From the NCBI RefSeq assembly GCF_006345805.1, contig NC_043002.1, positions 90,954,001-91,018,000 on the forward strand: 64,000 nt of DNA, in the 5' to 3' direction. The notes under the pieces were generated by a model that made no database searches, was not told where the DNA came from, and saw only the letters and a program-made list of their open reading frames with translations. This stretch comes from Octopus sinensis. Its lineage: Eukaryota. Below are positions 37,599 through 50,509 of this stretch, in pieces. The translations under genes and the position numbers were made by a program. Each line of letters begins with the position of its first letter. The stretch's first letter is position 1.

Positions 37599-38424
37599 TA
37601 TATATATATGTATAAATGCATTGCTACTTATAGCAATAAGTGTGGTTAAGAATTTGAGTTTGCAACGGCATGATTTTGGGGTTCAGTACCCTTAGACTAT
37701 TGTGTTCTACCATAATAACCTCAAAATGACTAAAGGTTTGTGAGTGAAATTTGGTATGCTTTGAAACTACTTTTGGATACTCTGTGCACCATCTTGAGCC
37801 CAATATAGCATTTTGTGTGAAATTTAATAAACTATGAGGTAATCTATTAAATGGATCACTCCTTTTACTGGGGAAAACACTCAAGCCCCCTGCCCCTCTC
37901 TCTCTCTCTCTCTCTCTCATCTAGTTTTACAGTTTCCACCATTTGGCATTTTGGAGCCTTTGACAGAGTCCCCTCTACTGCAAACATTCATACAAGTTTC
38001 CATTCTGACACTGACTTCCACCAATACTAGTGACCCTAAAAATGTCACAGGTGATGACCTCCTTCTTCTCACTTAGCCATTTGGAGAAAAATTACTGAAA
38101 CAGATGTTACACTCACAGTTTGTGGTGAATATTTTTCGTCTTGTATACACACAGTTTGTAGTGAATATTTTTCCTCTTGTATACACACACACACACACAC
38201 AAACACTCTCTCTCTCTCTTTGTCACACACACATGCACACTCTTCCACTCTTTCTTCTCCCTTTCTCTCTGTCACACACACAACTCTCTCTCATTCTTTC
38301 TCTATTTAAAATAAAAAAGAAATAAGGCTTCACTAAATCTTTGTTTATATAAACAATGCTAACCTGCTTTTCATCCATCTGCTTCCAGTGACAGTTTTTT
38401 AATAACAATAATATTAAAAATAGC

Positions 38425-38471
<47 letters not shown>

Positions 38472-38484
38472 CATAATAACAATA

Positions 38485-38697
38485 ATGATTTCAAATTTTG
38501 CTGCAAGGGCTGCTAATTTGGGGTAGGGGACTAATCAATTACAATGACCCCGGTGTTCAGCTGGAATTTTTTTTATTGACCCCAAAAGGATGAATGGCAT
38601 AGTCAATCTTAGCAGAATTTGAACTTAAAACGTGACAAGCAAAATACCACTAAGCATTTTGTCCAGCGTGCTAATGATTCTGCCAGCTCACTGCCTT
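38485..38697 (-). mobile_element. SINE A' between (AAT)n arrays
   Basis: Family A segments on the minus strand. Confidence 0.7.
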
Positions 38698-38766
38698 AAT
38701 AATAATAATGATAATAATAATAATATAATAATAATAATAATGATAATAATGATAATAATAATGATG

Positions 38767-38845
<79 letters not shown>

Positions 38846-40045
38846 CAATAGGGTGACCTAAAAAAGAATACTGAAAGCCTAATCTTCACTGTCCAAGACC
38901 AGGTATTAAATATTGACTCAATGTAAAAGAATATATTCCACACAAGAGCAGTGGACCTCTGCAGAATGTGTGGGAAGAGGTTTGAAAGTGTGACTCATGT
39001 TGTTAGTGCTTGTGAAAGTCTTGCACAGAAAGAGTACAAGCGTAGACATGACAAGGTACCCAAAATCTTCACTGGCTACTATGTCGTAAGTATGGACATT
39101 ATGTTATGGGTACTTGGTGCCAACATACACTGGAAAAGGTAATGGACAAAAAGGGGAAGGCAAAAATCCTCTAGGACTTTGACTTCCAAACAGACAAGGT
39201 GTTAGGCTGGATATAGTAACCGGAGGCGTAATGGCCCAGTGGTTAGGGCAGCGGACTCGCGGTCATAGGATCGCGGTTTCGATTCCCAGACCGGGCGTTG
39301 TGAGTGTTTATTGAGCGAAAACACCTAAAAGCTCCACAAGGCTCCGGCAGGGGATGGTGGTGATCCCTGCTGTATTCTTTCACCACAACTTTCTCTCACT
39401 CTTACTTCCTGTTTCTGTTGTACCTGTATTTCAAGGGGCCGGCCTTGTCACTCTCTGTGTCACGCTGAATATCCCTGAGAACTACATTAAGAGTACACGT
39501 GTCTGTGGAGTGCTCAGCCACTTACACGTTAATTTCACGAGCAGGCTGTTCCGTTGATTCGGATCAACCGGAACCCTCATCGTCGTAACCGACAGAGTGC
39601 TTCCTCCCTCCTATAGTAACCATTAGGAGGGACAAGCAAAAGTGCCTAATAATTGATGTGGTCAGAAGGTCAACATGTCATCATGAAAGAAAGAGAAAAG
39701 GTTGATAAATATGGAAACCTGAAAATTGAGATCGCTAAGATGTGACATCTTCAAGAGTCAAACATAAAGGTTGTCCCTATTGTCATCAGAGCATTGGGTT
39801 CAATACCACCCAGTCTGGAAAACCATCTGTAAACCTTAGAAATACCCTACAATCTAGATGTATTGCAAAAACTGGTTTTACTTGGAAGTGCATGCATAAT
39901 GCATAAAGTACTGTCTGTCTGAGGTCCTTGTTGTGACTTGACAAACAGTACAAACCCCCGGTAGACACAATATCTTCAATCAAGAACCTCATGATATTGT
40001 ATACTGTGCGACATCTATAATAATAATAATAATAATAATAATAAT
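38846..40045 (+). mobile_element. R4/Dong-like non-LTR retrotransposon 3' fragment (CCHC finger plus restriction-like endonuclease), pseudogenised
   Basis: CRMCGKRFESVTHVVSACESLAQKEYKRRHD; DFDFQTDK; DIV...IIDV; KYGNLKIEIAK; VVPIVIRALG; LQKLVLLGS; (TAA)n on both sides. Confidence 0.88.
39222..39611 (+). mobile_element. SINE family D inserted in the Dong-like element, 10-bp TSD
   Basis: TSD tatagtaacc at 39212-39221 and 39612-39621. Confidence 0.93.
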
Positions 40046-40199
40046 CCTCTCTACTAGAGGCATAAGGCCAGCACATTTTAGGGGAATGGTTAGTTGATAT
40101 CATAGAATCTGGTGCTTTATTTTATTAACTCAAAAGGATGAAAGGCAAATTTGAATACTGGCATCTGAACTCAGGATATAAAGAGCCTATATATGTATA

Positions 40200-40425
40200 T
40201 ATAGACGTGATAGACGCCAAGATAGATCGTTAGCCACTACACACATTTTTTCTCTCCTTGCTTTTTTTCTCTCCTTGTTTTTTCTGTGTCCCTTTCTTTA
40301 GAAGAGCATAGGCTCGAAACATAAAAGACTTTTTCTATTCCTGAGCGTTATACTAATACATCTGTTTGTTTTGTACACCACCTGTCTTCGTCTTTTGTTG
40401 TTTTTTTGTAAACTCTCCCTATATA
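40200..40425 (+). mobile_element. PLE-type 3' terminal fragment with degenerate hammerhead, ending in (TA)n
   Basis: CTTT-CTTTAGA-A-GAGC-ATAG-GCTC-GAAA-CA-TA-AAAG (40292-40327): stems I and II intact, core mutated. Confidence 0.55.
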
Positions 40426-40520
<95 letters not shown>

Positions 40521-41210
40521 CATATATATATGTGTATTTATGTATATATTTATTTATAGATATATATACGTATGTGTGTTATGATGTAATAAAATAGTAT
40601 AAGCACTATTTTTACTAAATATACACAATAAAAGTTAACAGAATAGATGTATAAACGCTAATAACTTTATTTGCAACCAGATTCTCTTTGGAAGGAAGGA
40701 GGAAATGAAAACAGGACATTATTAAGCAGAGACACAGAAGTGACTCTAAACAATATTTTAGCACATACGCACACACACACACATACACACACACACACAC
40801 ACAATCATTAATGCTCACACATACAGCCAGATATGAATGCTCACACATGCATGCACGTGAACACCATTCCAAGTGGAAACTTGAAAATGTAACCATCTTC
40901 AAATTTGTTGCACTTGTAAAGCTAAACTGTGGTGAGGAGAAAGGGTTTTGCTCAATCATCTTCTGTACTTCACCTGTGTTCATACTGTCTACTCTCAGCC
41001 ATCTTTTATTTACCACAAGACAGCATGGGATTCCTGTCTAACTTTACAGTCTTTTTTTAAGTGATACTTGAAGAAAGAAAGCAAAGACAGCAGTCCCTTG
41101 TTAAGTGTGGCAATGGGGAAGAAAATGTCTGACTTCAGCCTTTTCTCTGCTGTTTACAGGTTTTTGTTCTTTTCTTAAAATTTCTCTGTATCTAGATTTT
41201 GTAATAATAA

Positions 41211-41248
<38 letters not shown>

Positions 41249-41277
41249 ATGCAATATGTTACATTACTCTGTAGTCA

Positions 41278-41340
41278 AGATAAAACTCTGAGTTTCAGAT
41301 GCCGAAGTGGAAATCCACAATACCATCTCTTCGGTTATCT
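41278..41340 (-). ncRNA. Hammerhead ribozyme motif with U4C core variant
   Basis: AGAUAA-CCGAAGA-GAUG...CAUC-U-GAAA-CUC-A-GAG-UU-UUAUCU: 6-bp stem I, extended stem II. Confidence 0.65.
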
Positions 41341-41534
41341 GGCTATTTGAAAACGTTATGAAAAAATACCGTTAAAAATGAAGGGAAATTACTCTGTTAT
41401 AACTCTGCTTTGCCTGCGTACTTATACATCGCTCGCATTTTTCGTCATAAAAATTATATAAAAATACATAAAAATATATAAAAATATATAAAAATATATA
41501 AAATCTTCTTGGGACATAACACAGAAAGCATGTT

Positions 41535-41935
41535 CTATCCGTTTTCTTTAGGGGACCAAAAACGTAACAGAAATTTAGTCACATGTGGGCATGATCCGAA
41601 AAGCTCTGTCCTTGTATTTAGACATGTGGTAGGGTCTAAGCTGCTTTTCCAGATAAGCCATCTCTCCATGTCGCATAAACTGCACCTTCCGCTGCCATTA
41701 GTGTAGGGCTTACATCTGGCCAAAATCTTCCATTGTATGTTATAATCGACACCTTTATCTCTTAAAGACCAAATATGATTGGATAATTGTGTCGCTTTTC
41801 TTTTGTTCCAGTGCCTAAAGCTCAAAGTGTGGTTATTGAACCTGGCCTTGAAATTACCCTCTGTCAGGCCCACGTATTTCTTCGTCGAAACGGTGTCTTT
41901 AGTGGTTATAGAGTTTACGGTAGATAAATTTCCTC
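41535..41935 (-). pseudogene. GIY-YIG endonuclease domain of a Penelope-like element (5'-truncated, frameshifted)
   Basis: KFIYR (other frame) then KKYVGLTEGNFKARFNNHTLSFRH...ATQLSNHIWSL...WKIL...PY...RCSLC..E...CLNTRTELFGSCPH, the PLE-type GIY-YIG with Cys/His residues. Confidence 0.88.
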
Positions 41936-41990
41936 TATTTACATAATATTGAGGTCTCTTTCTTTCTTTTGTTATCTTACCGTTTTATCA

Positions 41991-42025
<35 letters not shown>

Positions 42026-42111
42026 ATATATAGTGAGAGAGAGAGAGAGCTAGAGAGAGAGAGAGAGAGGGAGAGCTATTTGAAAATAAACTTAGCTAAT
42101 TGATAAGCACA

Positions 42112-42542
42112 TAGGCACAGGCGTGGCTGTGTGGTAAGAAGCTTGCTTTTCAACCCCATGGTTCTGGATTCAGTCCCACTGCATGGCACCTTGGGCAAGT
42201 ATTTTCTACTATAGCCTTGGGCCAATCAAAGCCTTGTGAATGAATCTGGTAGATGGAAACTGTAAGAAGCCCATTGTATATATGTATACATATATATCTA
42301 TGTGTGTGTCTTTGAGTCTGCGTTTGTCCCCCACCCCCACCATTTGAAAGCCTATGCTGGTGTGTTTACATCCCTGTAACTTAGTGGTTTGACAAAAGAA
42401 ACTGATAGAATAAGTACCAGGCTTTAAAAAGAAAAGGGCAAAATAAGTATGAGGGTCAATACATTCGACTAAAAATTCTTCAAGATGGTGCCCCAGCATG
42501 GCCACAGTCTAATAATGACTGAAGCAAGTAAGAGATAAAAGA
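42112..42542 (+). mobile_element. SINE family B, full length
   Basis: Matches 29893-30316. Confidence 0.88.
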
Positions 42543-43329
42543 TATTGTGTTAAATAATGAGAGATGGAGAGAGAAGGGAGTATGTAAATATTGTATTATG
42601 AAAGATGGAGTGAATAGAATGGACAGACATTTATCGAGATGGATCAATAAGGTGATTGTTTGATAAACATATTTCAGTATATAAGTTTGTTGTTGTCAGA
42701 GTGTTCTGACTGGTGGGAGTTTAATGGTGATGACAAGTATAATGTTGGTTCAATTGTTTTACATGTATCAGATGTCCACTGTGCTTAGACATGTAGAGAC
42801 CAGTATCTTAAAGTTAACATAATGAAAATTTTGCATTCTCTCCTCTCTGTAAATAAGTATAAAAACCTGTATGCACTTGTATGTGTATACACATACAATG
42901 TATCATGATTATTCCATATGTAATCATATCAGAGTGACACGATTTCTAATTCATTGGAATTAATTAGTAACGTATATTATGATATGAGCTTTTTATAACT
43001 CCTGCTGTTTATTACCTATTCTTGGCTATGTTGTCCTTCAGGCTTTAAACTGAAGTCCACTCTTTCAAGTTTACTTCTGTAGTGCTTCAATAGATTCTGC
43101 CATCAGCATTCAGAAGTGCTCATGTGCACACAGTTCTGAATTCTTTTGTGATTGCCTGAAGGACAAGGATGAATCAGAAAGGGTTACAGGTGGAGACTTC
43201 CTTGACACTCACCAGCACATTACAACATTTTCAATAAGTAAATTGGTGATCAATACTCTGATTCTAACTTATCCTTCTGTCAAACTGTTCTCACTATCCA
43301 TTTACCTGTAGCATCAACCACCAGACTAC

Positions 43330-43694
43330 AAAATGGTTGATTTAATGAACCAACCTCTATGCACTTTTCCATCCTGTTAGAAACAGCAGCTAACTCTCCC
43401 TCAAGTCACACTTCTATCAACACTAAAAATTAAACGGACAAATTGGATAATGTTTGTTGAGATATACTTTGTCCAAAAATCCCCAAATAGCAGAGGATGG
43501 TCATAGCTGGAAAATATTTGACCCTTTCATTATTTCTGTCAAATACTCTACCTTTGTTTCAATTTAAAGCTGGAGTTTGAAACACAAATTAACACTGAAT
43601 TTGGTGGTACGTTTTAATTCAGATAACCTTAAACGAGAATTTTGTATTGTAGCACCTCAGGTGGTCTCAGGTGCATTGGCATCAAATGGGTTAA
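43330..43694 (+). mobile_element. Family H repeat followed by a second TTAA-MITE family fragment
   Basis: 'ttagaaacagcagctaactctccctcaa' (H); 'ttgaccctttc...atgggTTAA', related to 62216-62707. Confidence 0.5.
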
Positions 43695-43914
43695 TCAAAG
43701 CATTCTGATCCAGAGATAAACAGCCGCTTCAGTTCAATCAATGGGACATTAAATCCAAGATGGGTAATTTTTTCTTAACTAATAACAATAACTTAAACAT
43801 TTATGATTTTTGTGTCAAAATTTTCATTGCACCAACTGCAATTTGGTCACTGACAATACCACCACATGCAGGTCACAGTCAGTGGGACAAAATCATTAAC
43901 AGGAAATAATCCTC

Positions 43915-44120
43915 TCTATTATATGCCCAAAGCCTGAAATTTGTGGGATGGGAGGAGCTAGGCAATTACATTGCCTCTAGTTCTCAACTGGTGCTTATTT
44001 CATCAACCATGAAAGTTAAAGTCGGCCTCAGTAGAATTTGAACTCAGAATATGAAAACAGACGACATACCATTGAGCATTTTGTCCAGCATGCTAACAAT
44101 TCTGCCAGCTCACTGCTTTA
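43915..44120 (-). mobile_element. SINE A'
   Basis: Family A segments on the minus strand. Confidence 0.7.
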
Positions 44121-44811
44121 TTGACATGATAGATAAATATTTAACTGAAATTAACAAACTTTAAGTGTTTTTGAATGGCTAATATACATGTGTATCTTCT
44201 GCACTGGAATTGTTTTAGTTTCAACAATTTCAGATTCATATCAAATCCCTTGTCTTGCAAGTACACTTCCAAAACAACAATAATTATTTGTAGATTTGTC
44301 TCCTTGAATAAATTTCAAATCATGGCTGATTACTAAAGAATTTCCCTTCGCAATTATGAGGTCCCAAATTTGATCCCACTATTTGGTATCATCAGTGTCT
44401 TTTAGTATAGCTTCAGGTCAACCTAGTCTTCATGATTTAAAATGGATACATGGAAACTGCATGAATGGAAACTGATGGTCTGTATCTCGTCACACCCTGT
44501 ATCATGTTGATTCCCTTCGAGAATTGGGCTTAGCATTTATGTCTGTTGAATACTCAGCCACTAACTCTGATTCATGATTCAATGAGTGATTGTTCCATTG
44601 ATTGAACACTCATCATCAAAAACTAACAGACACACACACACACATGCACTTATATATGCATATACACACATCTTCTGAAGAATCATACATGGGGGAAAAA
44701 GATAGTGGAATGAAAACATTCTTTTTTTGATTACGTATACGCACACACATACACACATGCACATATATACATATGTATTATGACTGCATGTATGATCATC
44801 ATCATGAAGGC

Positions 44812-45300
44812 ACATGGTTCTGTGGTTAGAATGTCCCTACCTCACAATCATGAGGTAGTAAGTTTGATTCCCAGATTGAGCTGTGTGTTGTATTCTTGAG
44901 CTTTCCCATTCCTTTGCTTCAGTTCACTCAGCTATAGTAATGAGCTGCAATGGTATGGAGAGGGGAGGCAGGTATGCATGGGTGACTGTTGGCCTTCCAT
45001 AAACAACCTTGCCTGGACCTGTGCCTTGGGGAACCTTCTCTGTGCAATCCCATGGTCATTCATGACCAAAGAGGGTCTTTTTTACTTTTTATGATCATTG
45101 TCATGGCATAGGTCAGATGATCCTTCACAGTTTGAGCCATTTCTTATTGGGACCACCACACCTCCAAATTGGTGCTCACATGTATCATTTGGCCTGGTCT
45201 CTATGTGGCTGGATGCCCTTCTTATCACCAACCACTTTGCAGAATGTATGGTATGTATTTTGTCATGGCACCCACACTAGACCAGCTAATAGTCCTTGGC
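44812..45300. mobile_element. SINE E (+, 44812-45080) and degenerate SINE C (-, 45100-45300)
   Basis: Similarity to other copies in the window. Confidence 0.7.
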
Positions 45301-45372
45301 AACACAGGTCTAAAAAACCTCACAGTCCTACTTACACTTTCTCAGCTTATTTGCCAACTACTTTATAGCGTG

Positions 45373-46301
45373 TAGAAGGTAGTATCCAAATGTTCCAGGA
45401 CAATTATATTTAATTAAAAATAATCTATTTACCTAAGTTTTAGCATCATCTCCTTCAAAATAATCACCTTGCACAGCATTACACTGGTCCCAGCATTCCT
45501 GCCACTTTTGGAATCTAGCCTGGAAGTCATTTTCCGTAAGCAAGTCAAGAACATTCTGCAATTCACTCTGGATCTGAACAACGGTGTTGAAACGGCAACC
45601 TTTGAGCTGTATTTTCATCACGGGGAAAAGATGATAGTTTGCAGGTGCTAAATCTGAAGAATAGCGCAGGTGTGGAAGCAATACCGTGTTGTTTTTGGTG
45701 AAAAACTCATGAGTGAGGAGAACTTGGTGACAAGGTTATTATTGTCTTGAAGAATCCAATCCTTCATGCTCCACAGATCCGGTCATTTTTGCTGAATGTC
45801 CTTCCTTTAAAATGATGCAGTTGAACTCTCAATTAATGGTCTGATGTTGGGGGGACAAATTCTCAGTGAAGAATACCACATCTCTGGGAGTGACACTCAT
45901 GGCAGGTCTTCCAGATCGCTCATTGTCTTTCAGGGATGCTCTTCCACTTTTGAAGTGCCTGTGCCACTCGAAACATTGCATGCGACCCATTGTCTCATGG
46001 CTGTAAGCTTAACAAAGCATGCTCAATGTCTCTGGAGCAAACTTCCCAAATTTAATGGAAAACTTTCACATTGGCTTTTTGTTCTTGTCCATGACAAAAT
46101 CACAGACTACAGCATACACATGATCACAAGAACACAAATTTCACAAGAAATTTCACAATACCACAAATTGAGAAGTAAAAATAGTGATGTCACTCAGCAT
46201 ACTACCTCATGAAGGTCATTGCAAGCTCTCATTGTGAATTCAAGTGTGTGCTGCCATCTGTTGGCGTGCTACAAAACTAGTCATTTTGATACCACCTTGC
46301 A
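45373..46301 (-). mobile_element. Internally deleted mariner transposon with both TIRs
   Basis: TIRs 45373-45392 and 46282-46301 (16/20 identical); N-terminal ...QCFEWHRHFKSGRASLKDNERSGRP and C-terminal LPHLRYSSDLAP..YHLFP.MK..LKG.RF...QGDYFEGD, with stops. Confidence 0.88.
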
Positions 46302-47069
46302 CTGGGTGCATTTTTCATAGTATCAGCTCTAAGGGAATGGCATCACTCCTCATTCACCTGTTGATGGTACATGGTAGTTCCATCGTAGCAATACAACAGA
46401 ATGTGGAATACTTTTCACTTAGTAACCTAAGGCATGTAGACCAAGGAGGGAATAGGAGAGTTATGTCAGCAGAAAGGTGTGGAAACGGGTTGAAGAGAGA
46501 TGCAAGAGTGTAAGTATGGGGAGTAGTTAACAACCTAACTTGTGTGTTTGCTCAGATGGCTGAAGAGAGGAATAGGAGAGCAAAGAATGGCATGAGAATG
46601 ACCAGAATGGGTGAATGAAAGGATTAAGAATGTGACAGCAAAGGCAGGATTATATGGTGTTGAGTCAAGAGAATGATTTGTAATAGCATAGGTGGACAAA
46701 GTTAAACATGTATAATGAGATAAAGGGAAGAGTAGATAACAGGTGGTCATTGAAATGGCTCAGAAGAGTGAGAGAGTGAGTGATGACAGGAAAGGTGAAG
46801 TTAAAATACATTGGGTAGTTTGATGCAGTGTCATATAAATAGGGTGACTGAGTCAGAATGATGAGGACGATGCAGTCAACAATACAAGTTATGGGGGAAA
46901 CGTTAGATGGAGAGCTAGGAGTGATAAAGAAACAGGTGAAAGAGCGGGGAGTAATAGGTAGATTAGAGTGGTGGGGACCAAGGATGTAAGGTGGGATGGG
47001 CTAGCAAATGTAGTCATGCAGGGTATATTTTACCATAGGCATCCAGGTTTCTTGCAACCATATCACCAT

Positions 47070-47235
47070 AGGCGCAGGAGTGGCTGTGTGGTAAGTAGCT
47101 TGCTAACCAACCACATGGTTCCGAGTTCAGTCCCACTGCGTGGCATCTTGGGCAAGTGTCTTCTGCTATAGCCCCGGGCCGACCAATGCCTCGAGAGTGG
47201 ATTTGGTAGATGGAAACTGAAAGAAGCCTGTCGTA

Positions 47236-47299
<64 letters not shown>

Positions 47300-47525
47300 C
47301 GTGTGTGTGTCTGTGTTTGTCCCCCTAGCATTGGTTGACAACTGATGCTGGTGTGTTTACGTCCCCGTCACTTAGCGGTTTGGCAAAAAGAGACCGATAG
47401 AATAAGTACTGGGCTTACAAAAGAATAAGTCTCGGGGTCGATTTGCTCGACTAAAGGCGGTGCTCCAGCATGGCCGCAGTCAAATGACTGAAACAAGTAA
47501 AAGAGTAAAAGAGAGAAAAGAGTAA
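47070..47525 (+). mobile_element. SINE family B, full length
   Basis: Intact head and tail, internal (TA)n(TG)n, CpGs retained. Confidence 0.92.
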
Positions 47526-47539
47526 AGTGTATATATATT

Positions 47540-47867
47540 TCTTTGTCATCTCCTCCATGAGATGCAGCATCTTCAGATCATTCTTTGCCACCTCTTCCCA
47601 TGTCTTCCTGGATCTCCCTCTTCCACAGGTTCTTCCTACGCGTGTAATTTTCATCACTTCTTTACACCCAGCAGTCATCTTCCATATGCAACACAAGCCA
47701 TACCGGCACAGCCTTCTTTGTATACCCCACACCTCAGTCCTCTTATACCCAGATTTTCATTCAGCATTCATTTGTACGCCGGCATTCACATACACAAAAG
47801 CATTATACATCCATTGGAGCATGCCTGCTGTATTTCTATCTAGTTTTAGCAAGTCCACTGCATTTAC

Positions 47868-47870
<3 letters not shown>
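47540..47870 (-). mobile_element. RTE-clade LINE 3' fragment
   Basis: ...RRLCRYG...TCGRGRSRKTWEEVAKNDLKMLHLMEEMT, an RTE C-terminal motif. Confidence 0.75.
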
Positions 47871-47904
<34 letters not shown>

Positions 47905-48738
47905 CAGATATGTACACACACACACACACACACATGCAGATATGTACACATGCATGCATATACATACATGTTTGCATGTGTTTTATCCTTATGTGTGTTT
48001 TGCCTGTATGTGAGTATACATGCCTTTATACCAATTAAATATATATTTTATGAATATACACATTAATGTTTGTGTGTGTGTGTATATACATACATACATA
48101 CATACATACATACATACACACACCCATATATGTATTTACGTATATGTATGTATATATATGTTTCTAGGTCTGTTGTATTCACACACGCGTATATTGTATA
48201 TATTAATTATATTTCTTTCTCTCTTTGTTCTACACTCTCCCTCTTTTGTCTACCACCTCTATTATACTTCCCCTCTCTCCTGCCCCACTCTCTCTTCATC
48301 TTTTTTTCTCTCTCTGTCTCCATCCTTCTGTCTATGTTTCTGTAGTATTCAATGTAAATGCAACAGCAAAATTATGCAAGTAAATACATAGAGAGGTGGC
48401 TAGCAAAATATTTGTCTGGAATTAGAGTGTTGTTTCTGTCTTGTATATTCTGTCTAATATCAGCTTTACTATTTAGCCATTTGATTGATGTATTGAGAAA
48501 AAAGAGCAAGCAGACTGTGAAATTCTGTGATCTCTGGCATAATTGCCAAAACCTACTCAAATGGAAAAGTGAAAATAATAAGTTTGAAATTAAAGGACCA
48601 GCTGAGTTGGCCGGAGTTCCGGGGGTTGAAATGGTTTTTTTGAGCAGAGAGGATGATTTAAGGCAAACAAGCAAACAACTACAACACCATTCCAACATTG
48701 CTGTCATCATCATCAATACAATATCATCATCCTCATCA

Positions 48739-49080
48739 TTACCTCTGCCTTCGCTAAGGCAGAGGTATTGTTTTCAGTTGTGTTTGCTTGCTTGCTTGTT
48801 TGTCCGTGGACAAAATATCTCAAGAAACGCTGAATGGATTTGGATGAAACTTTCAGGGATGTTCAGCCTCATGACTGGCATGAAATGATTAGATTTTGGG
48901 ATCGATCTGGTACTGGACAAGGATTCTGGATTATTTTTTCCATTTTTAGTATTCCTGTTTGTGAGAGCAGTCGAGTTTATTTCGGATATTCTCATTTTAA
49001 AAATCATCTCTGGCTAATCGTTGAGGGGACGTTGGAGTTACCTCGGCGGAGGTTTTGCACTCTCTGAGCACTCTTGTTTT
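48739..49080 (+). mobile_element. Helentron-associated (HINE/DINE-1-like) non-autonomous element
   Basis: 5' perfect 11-bp hairpin ACCTCTGCCTT-cgct-AAGGCAGAGGT, internal (GCTT)n, 3' sub-TIR ggcggaggt plus short hairpin, T-rich ends; second copy at 54742-54915. Confidence 0.7.
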
Positions 49081-49289
49081 CATTATTATTGTCACTTGCA
49101 TTACCTCCATGTTATTTTGAATTCTATTATGAAAATTATGGTGATGATGATGATGATAACAATGCTGAGAAGGAAGAGGAAACGTATTTGCAGAACAAAT
49201 ATATAAAGCACAAAAACTTGGCATCTATAAGGTTACTCATCCTGCTAGAAAATAACAGCCAAATCTCCTTGAAATTAAATAATTTCTAA

Positions 49290-49672
49290 AAAGTACTAAG
49301 CCTAGTACTTATTTTATTGGTCTCTTTTGCAGAACCACTAAGCTACAGAGATGTAAACACACCAACATTGGTTGTCAAGCAATGGTGGTGGAGGACAAAC
49401 ACAGACACATGCATACATACATACATGCAAACATACACACATACATACATACATACATACATACATACATACATACATACATACATACATACCTACATAC
49501 ATACATACATACATATATATACACACACATGACAGCTTCTTTCAGTTTCCGTCTACCAAATCCACTCATAAAGCTTTGGTCAGCCCAAGGCTATAGTAGA
49601 AGACACCTGCTCAAGTGGGACTGAACCTAGAACCATGTGGTTGGTAAGCAAGCTACTTACCACATAGCCACA
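49290..49672 (-). mobile_element. SINE family B with internal (TACA)n
   Basis: Reverse complement of the B consensus. Confidence 0.85.
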
Positions 49673-49686
49673 TATATATATATATG

Positions 49687-49985
49687 TGTGGTTAGAACAT
49701 TGGGCTCATAATCACAAGGTTGTGAGTTTGATTCCCTGACCCGGCTGTGTGTTGTGTTCTTGGACAATGCACTGTATTTTCACATTGCTCCAGTTCACTC
49801 ATCTGGTGCCAGGCTGTATCAGCCTTTGCCTTTCCCTTAGATAACATCGTTGGTGTAGAGAGGGAAGACTGGCATGCACGAGCAACTGCTGGTCTTTCAT
49901 AAATAACCTTACCTGGACTTGTTCTTCGGAAGGTAACTTTCTAGGTACAATCCCATGGTCATTTATGACCAAAGGGGCTCCTCCT
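49687..49985 (+). mobile_element. SINE family E
   Basis: Matches the reverse complement of 27935-28262. Confidence 0.8.
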
Positions 49986-49997
49986 TATATATATATA

Positions 49998-50509
49998 CTA
50001 GCAGTATCGCCCAGCGTTGCTCGGGTTTGTAAGGGAAATAACTATATAAGCATTTTTAGAGAGTTACTTCCCTTATAGATGCCAATTCGGGCTTTCTTAG
50101 CCATTTCTGTTTTGGTGTCTTCAAGCCATGAAGTCGTTGTTCTAAAAGAACGCTGGTCTCCTTGACAACGCTTTACGACGTTGATTTCCTTACACTTCCT
50201 TCCCCACAACTTCACGAGGGAGGGAAGAAGGGGGAGAAGCAAACAGGTTCAGGTGTGACCATGGACGCCAACTCTGCCACCATCGACACACGAAAAAATA
50301 TGCATTAAAATGGAATAAAAAATGATGTTAAATTATTTTTAAAATCGTAGACTCATCGTAGATGTGCGCTAATAGCCAGACGGGCTTGATATGAATTACG
50401 ACTATAAGATACCCAAATTTGGTTAAACTGCACCGCAAAATGTGGGAGTAGTTAGGAATCTAAATCGAAGGGGACAGACACTCACACAACTACAGTTTTA
50501 TATATATAG

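Larger units (their letters stand above)
41255..41990 (-). mobile_element. Penelope-like element 3' fragment between (TA)n arrays
   Basis: GIY-YIG remnant followed on the same strand by an A/T-rich 10-mer repeat and a hammerhead motif. Confidence 0.85.

Noticed and set aside
43031-43167. 13-bp inverted repeat ttgtccttcaggc
   Set aside because: Rough expectation of about 0.1 such matches by chance in this window; extension is weak and there is no TSD.
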